In this document: positions 21,617-30,092 of the stretch, in pieces | Position numbering within the stretch: the first letter of the stretch is position 1 | How the letters are laid out: each line of letters starts with the position of its first letter | NCBI GenBank assembly: GCA_963843575.1 | Contig: CAWJKZ010000010.1 | Location: forward strand, 512,001 to 576,000 | Direction of reading: 5' to 3' | Origin: an uncultured Acidobacteriota bacterium | Lineage (GTDB): Bacteria; Acidobacteriota; UBA6911 | DNA: 64,000 nt | The notes under the pieces: generated by a model | What the model was told of the DNA's origin: nothing | The model's database searches: none | The model's input: the letters and a program-made list of their open reading frames with translations, nothing else | Translations under genes and position numbers: made by a program

Positions 21617-21831
21617 GCGATCCCCAGAATGCATTATGCCGCGGCAGGCCGATCCCAATCGGTGCCTCCGCGCACCGGATCCGCGCTTTTCCGCGGACGC
21701 GGGCGTGCCGGACAGACAATTCCCCTACCGGGTTCTCATCGGATCATCCGGTGACGGCTATTAGCGGACAGACGCAGCAACCGCCAAAGGCATCCGGGGC
21801 AAAGGGCTTTCTGACGGTTGATTCTGACGCC

Positions 21832-21901
21832 CCGGCGCCACCGCGGGCCGACTTTGCAGGGTCGCACCCGCAAGTCGGCGTGGCGCCGAGGCGGCGCTTT
21901 T
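21832..21901. repeat. Internal module of repeat family A
   Basis: ggcgccaccgcgggccgactttgcagggtcgcacccgcaagtcggcgtggcgccgagg resembles the reverse complement of about 11788-11850. Confidence 0.65.
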
Positions 21902-22048
21902 CCATATGCTCTGCGATTCAGACACTGGGGATCCTGCAAACTTCCTGGAACGCGGATTCTCGCGGATTTGCGTTGTAGCTCGGCTTAGGGCTCCCGCCAT
22001 AATGTGAACTCATTCTTGCGCGAACCCTAAGTTTGCTTTGTTCCGTGT

Positions 22049-22230
22049 GCAAAGCTCGACGGGGCGCTCTGGATGTGGTTCTCCGGGGTGGGCTGGCGGC
22101 AAACGCTCTCGTGCCAGGCCGGACCCGCGCTCCGAGCTCCAGTGCGCTTGCCGCAAGCCCACCCCGGAGAACCAACCGGCGCTTTGCGCCGGCCGCCGTG
22201 CGGCATCCAGGGCGCCCCGTCGAGCTTTGC
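22049..22230. repeat. 182-nt long inverted repeat with a branched junction (candidate ncRNA or MITE/REPIN)
   Basis: Outer arms 22049-22075 / 22204-22230 pair 26/27 (the mismatch is a U-G wobble on +). Inner arms 22076-22106 / 22144-22174 pair 29/31. Two small side hairpins lie at 22175-22203. Confidence 0.75.
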
Positions 22231-22334
22231 CAGCGTTCGTCCGCGTCCGAGGGATTTTGAGTCGCCTGCGCACTGTCTGCATCGCAGTCCATATGCTCAT
22301 ATGCTGCGCTTTGTGCTACCGGGGCGCCTCCCTA

Positions 22335-22343
22335 TGCTATAAT
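22335..22343 (+). promoter_or_regulatory. Extended -10 promoter for the PpiD-like gene
   Basis: TGcTATAAT 40 nt upstream of the ATG, followed by a ggagg SD. Confidence 0.6.
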
Positions 22344-22383
22344 TAATGTTTTTGCACACTGCGATTGGGAGGCAAGACTTCGC

Positions 22384-24309
22384 ATGCTCGACATTATGCG
22401 CCGCAAAAAGCGGCTGAGAGGGGTCCTCTGGCTCGTCATCATAAGCCTTGGGCTTGGAATGCTGCTCTTTTTCGTCCCGGGTGCCAACATGGGAACCCGC
22501 AGCGAGACCTCGGCAGCCACGGTGGACGGCGACCCTATCAGCATCAATGAATACGCCAAAACCTACCGGCGCTTCGTCGAAAACTTCAGCGCCGGGGGGC
22601 GGAACAAGACGGACGCCGAGACGCTGAAGGCTCTCGGGGTCAGCAAGCAGGCGCTCGACGCCCTCATCAACGTCCGGGTCACCGCATACGCCGCGAAGCG
22701 GCTGGGCCTCGACGTCTCTCCCGAGGAGGTGCGCCACGCCGTCGAGAGCAATCCCAACCTCCAGGACAACGGCGCCTTCATCGGCGTCGACCGCTACAAA
22801 GCGCTCCTGGCCGCCAACAACATCAGCGTGACCGAGTTCGAAGAGGGGATGCGCAGCATGCTGCTCACCAACAAGGTGCGCAACATCGTCACGTCCTCCA
22901 TGGACGTGACCGAAAACGAGCTGCGCGAAGAGTTCGCGCGCACCGCGCAGGAATCCCAGGTCGAGTTCGTCGTGCTCAAGAAAGAGGAGTTCAAAAAGAA
23001 GGTCAAGCCGGCCGAGACCGACCTCAAGGCATACTTCGACGCACACAAGGACAAGTACAACATCCAGGAGCAGCGGCGCGCCCAGTATCTGCTGATCAAC
23101 ATCTCCGCCATCGCCCCGAGCCTGAAGGTCTCCGAGCAGGACATTCAGGACGAATGGGGACGGCAGTCGCACGATGAAACGGTCGACGTCAGCCACATCC
23201 TGTTCACCGTGAAGGATCCCGCCAAGGACGCCGAGGTGAAGGCCAAGGCTGAGGCGGTGTTGAAACGGGTCAAGGCTGGCGAGGATTTCGCCGAGCTGGC
23301 CAAGAAGAACTCCGAGGACACCGCCTCGGCGGCCCAGGGGGGCAATCTCGGACCCTTCCCGCGGGGCCGCATGGTCAAGGAGTTCGAAGACGCAGCCTTC
23401 GCGCTCAAGCCCGGCCAGGTGTCCGACCTTGTCCGCACCCAATACGGCTACCACATCCTGAAAGTGCTGGCGCACGATTTGCCGACCCTGGAGACCAGCC
23501 GGGAAGCCCTCGTCAGGAGTATTCAGCTGAACAAGGCGTCGGACGTGGCCAAGAGCAAGGCTGCCGAAGCGGCGACCCTGCTGAAAACCGAAAAGGACCT
23601 CAGCGCCGTCGCCCGGAAGCTGGGCATCCCGACCGAACTCAAAGAGACACCTTTCCTGACCCGCGCCTCCGAACCCTTCTCCAACAATATCTCCCAGCCG
23701 TTGCTCGACGAGATCTTCCGGCTGAAGGAGATCAACGCCGTTGGGAACGTCGCCGACCATCCGCTCGGCTACGCGGCGCCGAAACTGCTGGAGACCCGAT
23801 TGCCCAAGCCGCCCGATTTCAACGAATCCCGGGCCAAGGTGGAACAGGACTACACGGAGGAGAAGGCCGCAGAGCTCATGAACGGGGCGGCACGGCAGCT
23901 GGCCCAGGATGCGACCGCGTCCGGAGACCTTGCCGCCGCTGCCAAGAAGAGCGGTTACAGCTCGAAGCTTAGTGCGCTGTTCAAGCGCGACGCCACCGCC
24001 GACCCCGACATCGGCCCCAATCCGCCCTTTAACAGGGCGGCCTTCGACGTCGCCCCCGGAGCCGTCAGCGCCCCCATCCCGCTCGACGGCGGGGTCAAGC
24101 TTGCGGTTCTGCAGGTGAAGTCGCGCACGCCCTTCGACGAGGAGGCGTACAAGAAGCAGAAGCCGGAGTTGCGCAACAGGCTCCTCGGCATGTGGCAGGA
24201 TGCGTATTTTCAGGACTACATCCGGCGCGTCACCGACGGGCTGGAAAAATCCGGCAAGATTCGCATCAACCCGCGTGCCGTCGAGGAAGTCGCCGGATTC
24301 AGCTACTAG
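22384..24309 (+). CDS. PpiD/SurA-family periplasmic chaperone, parvulin-type peptidylprolyl isomerase
   Basis: N-terminal TM anchor, SurA N-domain, and rotamase motif VSHIL...FAELAKKNSED...GGNLG...MVKEFEDAAF...VRTQYGYHI. Confidence 0.92.
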   Translation: MLDIMRRKKRLRGVLWLVIISLGLGMLLFFVPGANMGTRSETSAATVDGDPISINEYAKTYRRFVENFSAGGRNKTDAETLKALGVSKQALDALINVRVTAYAAKRLGLDVSPEEVRHAVESNPNLQDNGAFIGVDRYKALLAANNISVTEFEEGMRSMLLTNKVRNIVTSSMDVTENELREEFARTAQESQVEFVVLKKEEFKKKVKPAETDLKAYFDAHKDKYNIQEQRRAQYLLINISAIAPSLKVSEQDIQDEWGRQSHDETVDVSHILFTVKDPAKDAEVKAKAEAVLKRVKAGEDFAELAKKNSEDTASAAQGGNLGPFPRGRMVKEFEDAAFALKPGQVSDLVRTQYGYHILKVLAHDLPTLETSREALVRSIQLNKASDVAKSKAAEAATLLKTEKDLSAVARKLGIPTELKETPFLTRASEPFSNNISQPLLDEIFRLKEINAVGNVADHPLGYAAPKLLETRLPKPPDFNESRAKVEQDYTEEKAAELMNGAARQLAQDATASGDLAAAAKKSGYSSKLSALFKRDATADPDIGPNPPFNRAAFDVAPGAVSAPIPLDGGVKLAVLQVKSRTPFDEEAYKKQKPELRNRLLGMWQDAYFQDYIRRVTDGLEKSGKIRINPRAVEEVAGFSY

Positions 24310-24317
24310 GCCAAGAT

Positions 24318-24460
24318 CTGGAGTGCGGCGCCCGGGCGCCGCTTTCAGGCTTGTTTCTTGGGCAGGTATGTCCGGCGCCTGGGCGCCGGGATCGGGTCAT
24401 CGGCGGCGCCGAGGCGCCTTCATCAAAGCGGCGTCGAGCAGGTCGAGCCGCCGCACTCCA
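24318..24460. repeat. Family A REPIN-like doublet between convergent genes
   Basis: ctggagtgcggcgcccgggcgccgctttc...aaagcggcgtcgag...gccgccgcactcca. Confidence 0.82.
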
Positions 24461-24466
24461 CAGTTC

Positions 24467-26293
24467 CTAAAGACCCAGGATTTCCAGCGCAAGAGCGGTA
24501 CGGGCCGCCGGGGCGATCACCTCGACGCCAGTGACCATCGGCCGTATGGCATCGAGCACCTCACGCGCGGCCGCCACCCCCTCGCGCTCCTCGCCCCCGA
24601 GCGAACCGGCCGCGCGAAGACGCGCCAGCGTCGCTTCCGGGATGGCCACGCCGGGGAATTCGTTGTTCAGGAACTCGGCTTCCCGGCTGCTGGTCACGGG
24701 ACGTATGGCCGCGAACACGGGGATGCGGTAGCGCCGGATCCTGGAGAGGAATCGTTCGAGCGGCTCGGCCTTGAACAGGGGCGCCGTCATGATGAACCTC
24801 GCGCCGGCATCAACCTTCCGCGCCACCAACCGAATCTCCTCCTCGAAATCGGGCGCATCCGGATCGGCGAGGGTACCTGCGAAAAAGCCGGTCGGCGACC
24901 CGATGCTCTTGCCACCCAGATCGTACCCCCGACCCAGCGCGGATACCAGGTGGGCCGCCCCGACCGCGTCGACGTCAAACACCGCCGTCGCATCCAGATA
25001 GTCGCCGACGCGGATCGGATCGCCGGTGGACAGGAACAGGTTGCGCAATCCCAGGGCGTGCGCGCCCAGCAGTTCCGACTGCATGGAGATGAGCGTCCTA
25101 TCCCCGCAGCTGTAGTGGAGCATGGTCTCGAGCCCGACCTCGCGCTGCACCAGGACGGAGAGAGCGAGAGCCCCCATGCAGGAACTGCCGCGGGGACCTT
25201 CGCTGACGACGAGAGCGTCCACACCGCGTTTTTTCAGCAGGCGCGCGGCCTCCAGGGCCTGCCCTGCATCGCCGCCGCTGGGCGGCGTCACCCCCACCAG
25301 CCTGACGAACCGCTTCTCCCCAATCCAGCGCTCCAGCCGGCTTCCCTTTGCCGGAGGTAGCGGTTCGGCCGGGACCGGCGTCCTGGACTCGACCGCGGGA
25401 ACGACCTTGTGCGGTACCGCCGTCGCGGACCGGACCGTATCGCGGATCGCCTTGATGTGGGCGGGCGTGGTCCCGCAGCAGCCGCCCACCACCCGGGCCC
25501 CCGCCCGGACGAAACGCTTGGCATAGCTCGCGACGTATTCCGGCGAGGAGAGGTACAGGTTGCGCCCTTCGAAGCTGCGCGGCCTGCCCGCGTTCGGCTG
25601 CGCTACGATCGGGCAGGTCACCACCTGGGCGATGCGCTCGATGGCCTCGAGCATGACCTGCGGCCCGACGCCGCAGTTGACCCCCACGACGTCGGCCCCC
25701 CACCCCTCGAGCTGCGCCGCAAACGACTCGGGCGGCACCCCGTCGAGGCTGTTGCCTTCCTCCGAAAGCGCCATCTGAGCCATCACGGGGATGCTGCAGA
25801 CCTCACGTGCCGCCGCCAGGGCGACGTGCAGCTCGTTCAGGTCCGAGAAGGTCTCCAGCGACAGAAGGTCCGCGCCCGCCCCGGCCAGCGAGCCGATCTG
25901 TTCGGCAAACGCGGCTTTCGCCTCGGCCGCGGTCATCTTTCCGAACGGCTCGATCCGGACCCCGAGCGGGCCGACCGATCCGGCTACGTAGGCCAGCCCG
26001 CCGGCAACCTCGCGCGCGAGACGAACGCCCGCGGCGTTTATCTCGCTCACGCGCTCCGCCAGCCCGTGCGGTTCCAGTTTCAGGCGGTTGGCGCCGAACG
26101 TGTTGGTCTCCAGTATCTCGGCACCCGACCACAGGTACTCCTGGTGCACTTCACGCACCAGATCGGCGTGCGTCAGGTTCAGATCGTCGAAGCAGCGGTT
26201 GATGAAGACCCCCTTGGCGTACAGCTGGGTCCCCATGGCCCCGTCGCAGACGACCGCAACCTCCTTGAGGCGTTCCAGAAAGGATTCGAGCAT
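24467..26293 (-). CDS. Bifunctional homocysteine S-methyltransferase / methylenetetrahydrofolate reductase (YitJ-like); MTHFR half divergent
   Basis: DGAMGT, ETNTFGAN, GVNC, QPNAG and GGCCGTTPAHI (Zn-binding Cys triad); C-terminal MTHFR fold with TGDP and ATAVFDVDAVG. Confidence 0.92.
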   Translation of the reverse strand: MLESFLERLKEVAVVCDGAMGTQLYAKGVFINRCFDDLNLTHADLVREVHQEYLWSGAEILETNTFGANRLKLEPHGLAERVSEINAAGVRLAREVAGGLAYVAGSVGPLGVRIEPFGKMTAAEAKAAFAEQIGSLAGAGADLLSLETFSDLNELHVALAAAREVCSIPVMAQMALSEEGNSLDGVPPESFAAQLEGWGADVVGVNCGVGPQVMLEAIERIAQVVTCPIVAQPNAGRPRSFEGRNLYLSSPEYVASYAKRFVRAGARVVGGCCGTTPAHIKAIRDTVRSATAVPHKVVPAVESRTPVPAEPLPPAKGSRLERWIGEKRFVRLVGVTPPSGGDAGQALEAARLLKKRGVDALVVSEGPRGSSCMGALALSVLVQREVGLETMLHYSCGDRTLISMQSELLGAHALGLRNLFLSTGDPIRVGDYLDATAVFDVDAVGAAHLVSALGRGYDLGGKSIGSPTGFFAGTLADPDAPDFEEEIRLVARKVDAGARFIMTAPLFKAEPLERFLSRIRRYRIPVFAAIRPVTSSREAEFLNNEFPGVAIPEATLARLRAAGSLGGEEREGVAAAREVLDAIRPMVTGVEVIAPAARTALALEILGL

Positions 26294-26336
26294 GGAGGTT
26301 ATTGTACCTCACCGGACGGCCGTCCGACGCCGGCCC

Positions 26337-26936
26337 TCAACCGGTGGGGAGCAGGTTTTCGGGGCGGGAGGACTCCTGCAGGCCGACGGCGTAGGTGTGG
26401 AGCCGCTGCACGATCTCGACCATGCGGCGCATTTCGGAATAGAGCTTTTCCGTGTCGACCCGGATCGCGCCGGAGCACTCGGGGCTCGCCATGATGAGCT
26501 GCGCAAAGCCGAGCACGACGGCGAGGGGGTTGTTCAACTGGTGGGCAAATTCGCGCAGCCTGGAACCAATCTCGCACGTCCGTTCGCCACTCGCCGGCCC
26601 CGAGCCGTTCCCCGCGAAGACGGAAAAGAGGAGGAATTCAGGACGGCTGCCCGCATTGGACAACGGCGTGAGAACCCCATGGGCTGGCACCGTCATCCCG
26701 CTGCGGTGCAGGTACAGGACGTCGCCGCTCCAGGTGCCGCACTTTGTGCAACCCTGCATCATCTCCGGGAGCCGGAACACGGTGGCGTCGCCAAGCACCT
26801 CGGTCACGGGCCGGCACAGCAGTTCGCAGGGGGCATAACCGGTCACACTCCCGGTTTCCGGCGAACCCGCCGTGATGAGCCCTTCGGCGGAGAAGGTGAT
26901 GGCCATCCAGCTGGCTGTTCCCGGATCCTGTAGCAT
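26337..26936 (-). CDS. PAS plus HisKA (DHp) protein lacking an ATPase domain
   Basis: TGYAPCELLCRPV...WSGDVLYLHRSG (PAS/PAC); FAHQLNNPLAVVLGFAQL (H-box); ends 43 nt before the next gene. Confidence 0.75.
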   Translation of the reverse strand: MLQDPGTASWMAITFSAEGLITAGSPETGSVTGYAPCELLCRPVTEVLGDATVFRLPEMMQGCTKCGTWSGDVLYLHRSGMTVPAHGVLTPLSNAGSRPEFLLFSVFAGNGSGPASGERTCEIGSRLREFAHQLNNPLAVVLGFAQLIMASPECSGAIRVDTEKLYSEMRRMVEIVQRLHTYAVGLQESSRPENLLPTG

Positions 26937-27033
26937 GGCGCCTGGTCGTGGGTTGATTATCCCGGCTGCTTCATAAGCCCGTAAATGCCCGTATCGGCCG
27001 GACACGCAAGGTCGCTTAACTTTTGCCAGGGGT

Positions 27034-27059
27034 GGGCCGCGCCGGGCCGGCGCGGCCCC
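27034..27059 (-). terminator. GC-rich hairpin downstream of hemA, possible terminator
   Basis: gggccgcgccgg-g-ccggcgcggccc inverted repeat; no clear U-tract. Confidence 0.3.
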
Positions 27060-27135
27060 ATGGCTTCGGCCGGCGGCCGGGTCCCACGGTTCAGAGGATT
27101 GGGGCGGGCGGCCCCGCCTATTTGGTGCGCTGGTA

Positions 27136-28431
27136 TCAGCAGATTCCGAAGAGCTTCTCGACCAGGCTCAGTTTGGCGCCCGCCGACTCCGCGCCGTCGG
27201 CCGCCTTGAGCTCCACGATCGCCGGGTGCACGATCTTCTGCGCGATCCGGTGGAGCATCAACTCGAGCTCCTCCCGCTCCGCCGGCCCGAGCGCAGGGGT
27301 CTTCTGTACGAACCGCTCCAGCTCGCTAAGGCAGACCGACCGCACCCGGTCGCGGATCGCCGCGATGGCGGGCGCCATGCGGGCCTGACTCTCCTCCCGT
27401 TGGAACCTCGCCAGGGCCTTGTCCAGCAAAATCCGCGCCCGCACCGCCTCCGACTCCCGCGCATGGCGGTTCGCCTGGACGACGCCGTCCAGGTCGTCCA
27501 CGTTGAACAGGTAGACACCGGGGAGGTCGCAGACCGCCGGGTCTACGTTGCGCGGGACCGAAATGTCTAGGATGAGGAGGGGCCGGCGCGCGCGGCCGCG
27601 CAAAACGGTGTTGAGGCTTTCCCGATCCAGGACGTACTGCGGCGCGTCCGTCGCGCAGACCACGACGTCTGCACGGGCGATCTGATCGCCGCGCCGGTCG
27701 AACTCCGCGACTTTGCCGGAACACCTGGCTGCCACCTCTTCCGCGTGCGACCGGGTCCGGTTGGCCACCACGATCGACGACGCGCCCGCCTCCCTCAAGT
27801 GCAGCGCAGCCAACTCGCCCATCTTGCCCGCCCCGAGCAGCACAACCGATTTGCCGGCGAGATCCTCAAAGATCTTGCGGGCCAGCTGCACCGCGGCGTA
27901 ACTCACGCTTACGGCAGCCTCGCAGATGCCCGTCTCGCTGCGGACCTGCTTGGCGGCCGCGAAAGCGCGAGGCACCAGGCGGTGCAGGTCCCGCCCGACT
28001 CCCCCCAGTTTCTCCGCCTCCCGGAACGCGCATTTCGCCTGTCCGAGAATCTGCGGCTCGCCCATGACCAGCGAATCGAGGCCTGATGCAACGCGGAACA
28101 AGTGCACCACCGCGGCACTGTCCCGGTGTACATAGACCCGGTCCGTCCACGGCCCCATGTCGAAGCCGCTCACTCCGCGCGCAAACTTGCAGAAAAGTCC
28201 GACCCCGTCCACCCACTCCTCGGCAGAGACATACAACTCCGTCCGATTGCAGGTCGACAACACCATGCACTCGTGTAGCCCAGGCTGCTCGAGAACGAGC
28301 TGGGTAGCGTCCGCCAAGTCCGCCGCCCCGATCGAAACCCGTTCCCGTACCTCGATCGGACTCGCGCGAAAACTGACACCGCAGACCATGTACGTGGCGG
28401 CGAAACCCTGCTGGCCCGAAAATCCCTGCAT
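27136..28431 (-). CDS. hemA: Glutamyl-tRNA reductase
   Basis: LSTCNRTE (catalytic Cys), HLFRVASGLDSLVMGEPQILGQ, GAGKMG, ANRT and DISVPRNVD. Confidence 0.96.
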   Translation of the reverse strand: MQGFSGQQGFAATYMVCGVSFRASPIEVRERVSIGAADLADATQLVLEQPGLHECMVLSTCNRTELYVSAEEWVDGVGLFCKFARGVSGFDMGPWTDRVYVHRDSAAVVHLFRVASGLDSLVMGEPQILGQAKCAFREAEKLGGVGRDLHRLVPRAFAAAKQVRSETGICEAAVSVSYAAVQLARKIFEDLAGKSVVLLGAGKMGELAALHLREAGASSIVVANRTRSHAEEVAARCSGKVAEFDRRGDQIARADVVVCATDAPQYVLDRESLNTVLRGRARRPLLILDISVPRNVDPAVCDLPGVYLFNVDDLDGVVQANRHARESEAVRARILLDKALARFQREESQARMAPAIAAIRDRVRSVCLSELERFVQKTPALGPAEREELELMLHRIAQKIVHPAIVELKAADGAESAGAKLSLVEKLFGIC

Positions 28432-28473
28432 CGTGCGACCCCTGAACTAGCTTTTCTGTCCGGGTTATGCAAG

Positions 28474-28516
28474 GCAACTGAAAGACCAAACAAACCGATA
28501 CCCTAAGTAGTTGAAG
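28474..28516 (-). promoter_or_regulatory. Putative sigma54 (-24/-12) promoter of hemA with an upstream IHF-like site
   Basis: Minus strand TGGTCTTTCAGTTGC (GG-N10-GC, 28488-28474) and CTTCAACTACTTA (28516-28504, close to WATCAANNNNTTR). Confidence 0.45.
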
Positions 28517-28610
28517 AGAAAGACCCCTGTCCGTCACAGGGTCATTTCCCCCGCACGAGATGATCGCGATGTGAGCAAGTTTGGGTTAATTCACCCAAGA
28601 CAACCGGGGG

Positions 28611-28689
28611 GGTGCGGCGCCTCGGCGCCTCGGCGAACTGAGGGATGCGACCCCGCAACCTCGGCCTGCAGCCGAGGCGCTGCACTCCA
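28611..28689. repeat. Degenerate family A doublet
   Basis: ggtgcggcgcctcggcgcc...gccgaggcgctgcactcca. Confidence 0.7.
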
Positions 28690-28714
28690 CACTTCGGTCC
28701 ACTTGGGAGGCGGT

Positions 28715-29458
28715 TTATGCCTGGCGTTTGTCGGAGTCGACTTGGCTCTGCTGGCCGGGTTGGATGGCGCTCACGATCGATTCCGCGACTTGGTCGACCG
28801 TGAGCCGATCGCTATTAAACACTTGGTCATACGCCAGAAGACTGTCCAACTCCTGTTGGAAGTGGTGGCGGGTGAAGCTGCGGCGGGCAGAGTCGATTTC
28901 GTTCATCCGGCGTCGCGCCTCGCCGGGGGAAATCTGCCAGCGGGCCGCCAGGCGACGACAGCGCGCCTCCGGCGAGGCGACTATGCGGACATGGAAACCT
29001 GCGGGCTCACTCGCAAGGGCGAAGTTCGCGCCGCGGCCGACGACCACCGCCTGTCCGCGGACCGCCAGGTAGCGGAGCGTCTGAAGCAGGGAGGCGTGGT
29101 AGTCCTCGATGCCGAAAGAGCCCCCTTCGGCCATGCGGAGGAACCTGCCTACGGTGTCGTGGATCAGGTTTTCGGAGCGCTCGTCCAGCTCGGCAACCAG
29201 GCGCTGCCGGACGTGGCTGCTCTCGGCGATGGAGTGGACGATTTCCTTGTCGAACAGCTGCCAGCCGAGCCGGCTGGCCACGCGGGCCGCGATGGCGTCC
29301 CCCATTGTGCCGCGGTCGCGGGAGATAGTGAGAAACCTGTATTTCAGACGGGATTCCCCGGCAGGTCGCTCTCGGCCCGCCTTATCGCGGGCATAACGCA
29401 ACAGCATCTGGCGCTCGATGATGGTTTCGGTGGGATCGCCGGATCTAGTCGTCGCCAT
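28715..29458 (-). CDS. Cytidylate kinase-like family protein
   Basis: LTISRDRGTMG..IA..LGWQLFDKEI, VVVGRGANF, HVRIVAS and YDQVFNS; ATG 29458 after aaggag. Confidence 0.85.
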   Translation of the reverse strand: MATTRSGDPTETIIERQMLLRYARDKAGRERPAGESRLKYRFLTISRDRGTMGDAIAARVASRLGWQLFDKEIVHSIAESSHVRQRLVAELDERSENLIHDTVGRFLRMAEGGSFGIEDYHASLLQTLRYLAVRGQAVVVGRGANFALASEPAGFHVRIVASPEARCRRLAARWQISPGEARRRMNEIDSARRSFTRHHFQQELDSLLAYDQVFNSDRLTVDQVAESIVSAIQPGQQSQVDSDKRQA

Positions 29459-29630
29459 GGGGATCTCCTTAATCCGGGAGGGAATTACCTTCATGATATC
29501 ATCTTCTCCGCATACCCTCAATCGGCCGAGGCACGCGAAGCCGCATCGAGCTCTGAAGTTTGTGCCGCGCCTCGTTGCATCGAGAGGGTTCCGCGCCGCT
29601 GTCTGTTGGCAACGCGATGTCGCCTGGATT

Positions 29631-29700
29631 TGGCGCCGAGGCGCCGGGCATTTCGGCCTTGGGGTGTAGCGGGAAAAGCGGCGCCGAGGCGCCGCACTCA
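29631..29700. repeat. Family A element (right arm), homologous to 50435-50496 in inverted orientation
   Basis: tggcgccgaggcgccgggcatttcggccttggggtgtagcgggaaaagcggcgccgaggcgccgcactca. Confidence 0.8.
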
Positions 29701-29711
29701 AAAAGGGTGAT

Positions 29712-30080
29712 ATGGAGAGACTGTTCGGAACGGCGGCTTGCCTGTCCGCATTTTTCGCTGTGGCTGCAGGCGCGTTCGGCGCGCACTCGCTGCGCACGCG
29801 ACTGACCCCCGAGTTCCTGGCGGTTTTCGAGACGGGCGCCCGCTATCAGATGTACCACGCGCTCGGCCTGCTGGCGGTGGCCTGGGCCATCGGCCGCTGG
29901 CCCGGCCCGGCGCTTCAGTTTGCGGGGTGGGCGTTTCTTGCGGGCACCGTGCTCTTTTCCGGCAGCCTCTATGTGCTGAGCCTCTCGGGAGCGCGGTGGC
30001 TCGGCGCGATCACGCCCCTGGGGGGGCTGGCGTTTCTCACGGGGTGGCTGGCCCTGGCTTGGGGCCTATGGCGATCGTGA
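29712..30080 (+). CDS. DUF423 (YgdD/TMEM256) membrane protein
   Basis: AGAFGAH, ETGARYQMYHALGL, LFSGSLY and GAITPLGG motifs. Confidence 0.93.
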   Translation: MERLFGTAACLSAFFAVAAGAFGAHSLRTRLTPEFLAVFETGARYQMYHALGLLAVAWAIGRWPGPALQFAGWAFLAGTVLFSGSLYVLSLSGARWLGAITPLGGLAFLTGWLALAWGLWRS

Positions 30081-30092
30081 CGCCTGCCTGCG

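Noticed and set aside
22049-22230. 6S RNA or SRP RNA
   Set aside because: It has no two-sided central bubble as in 6S, and lacks the SRP GNRA loop and AGCAG motif despite a superficial CCAGGCCGGA.
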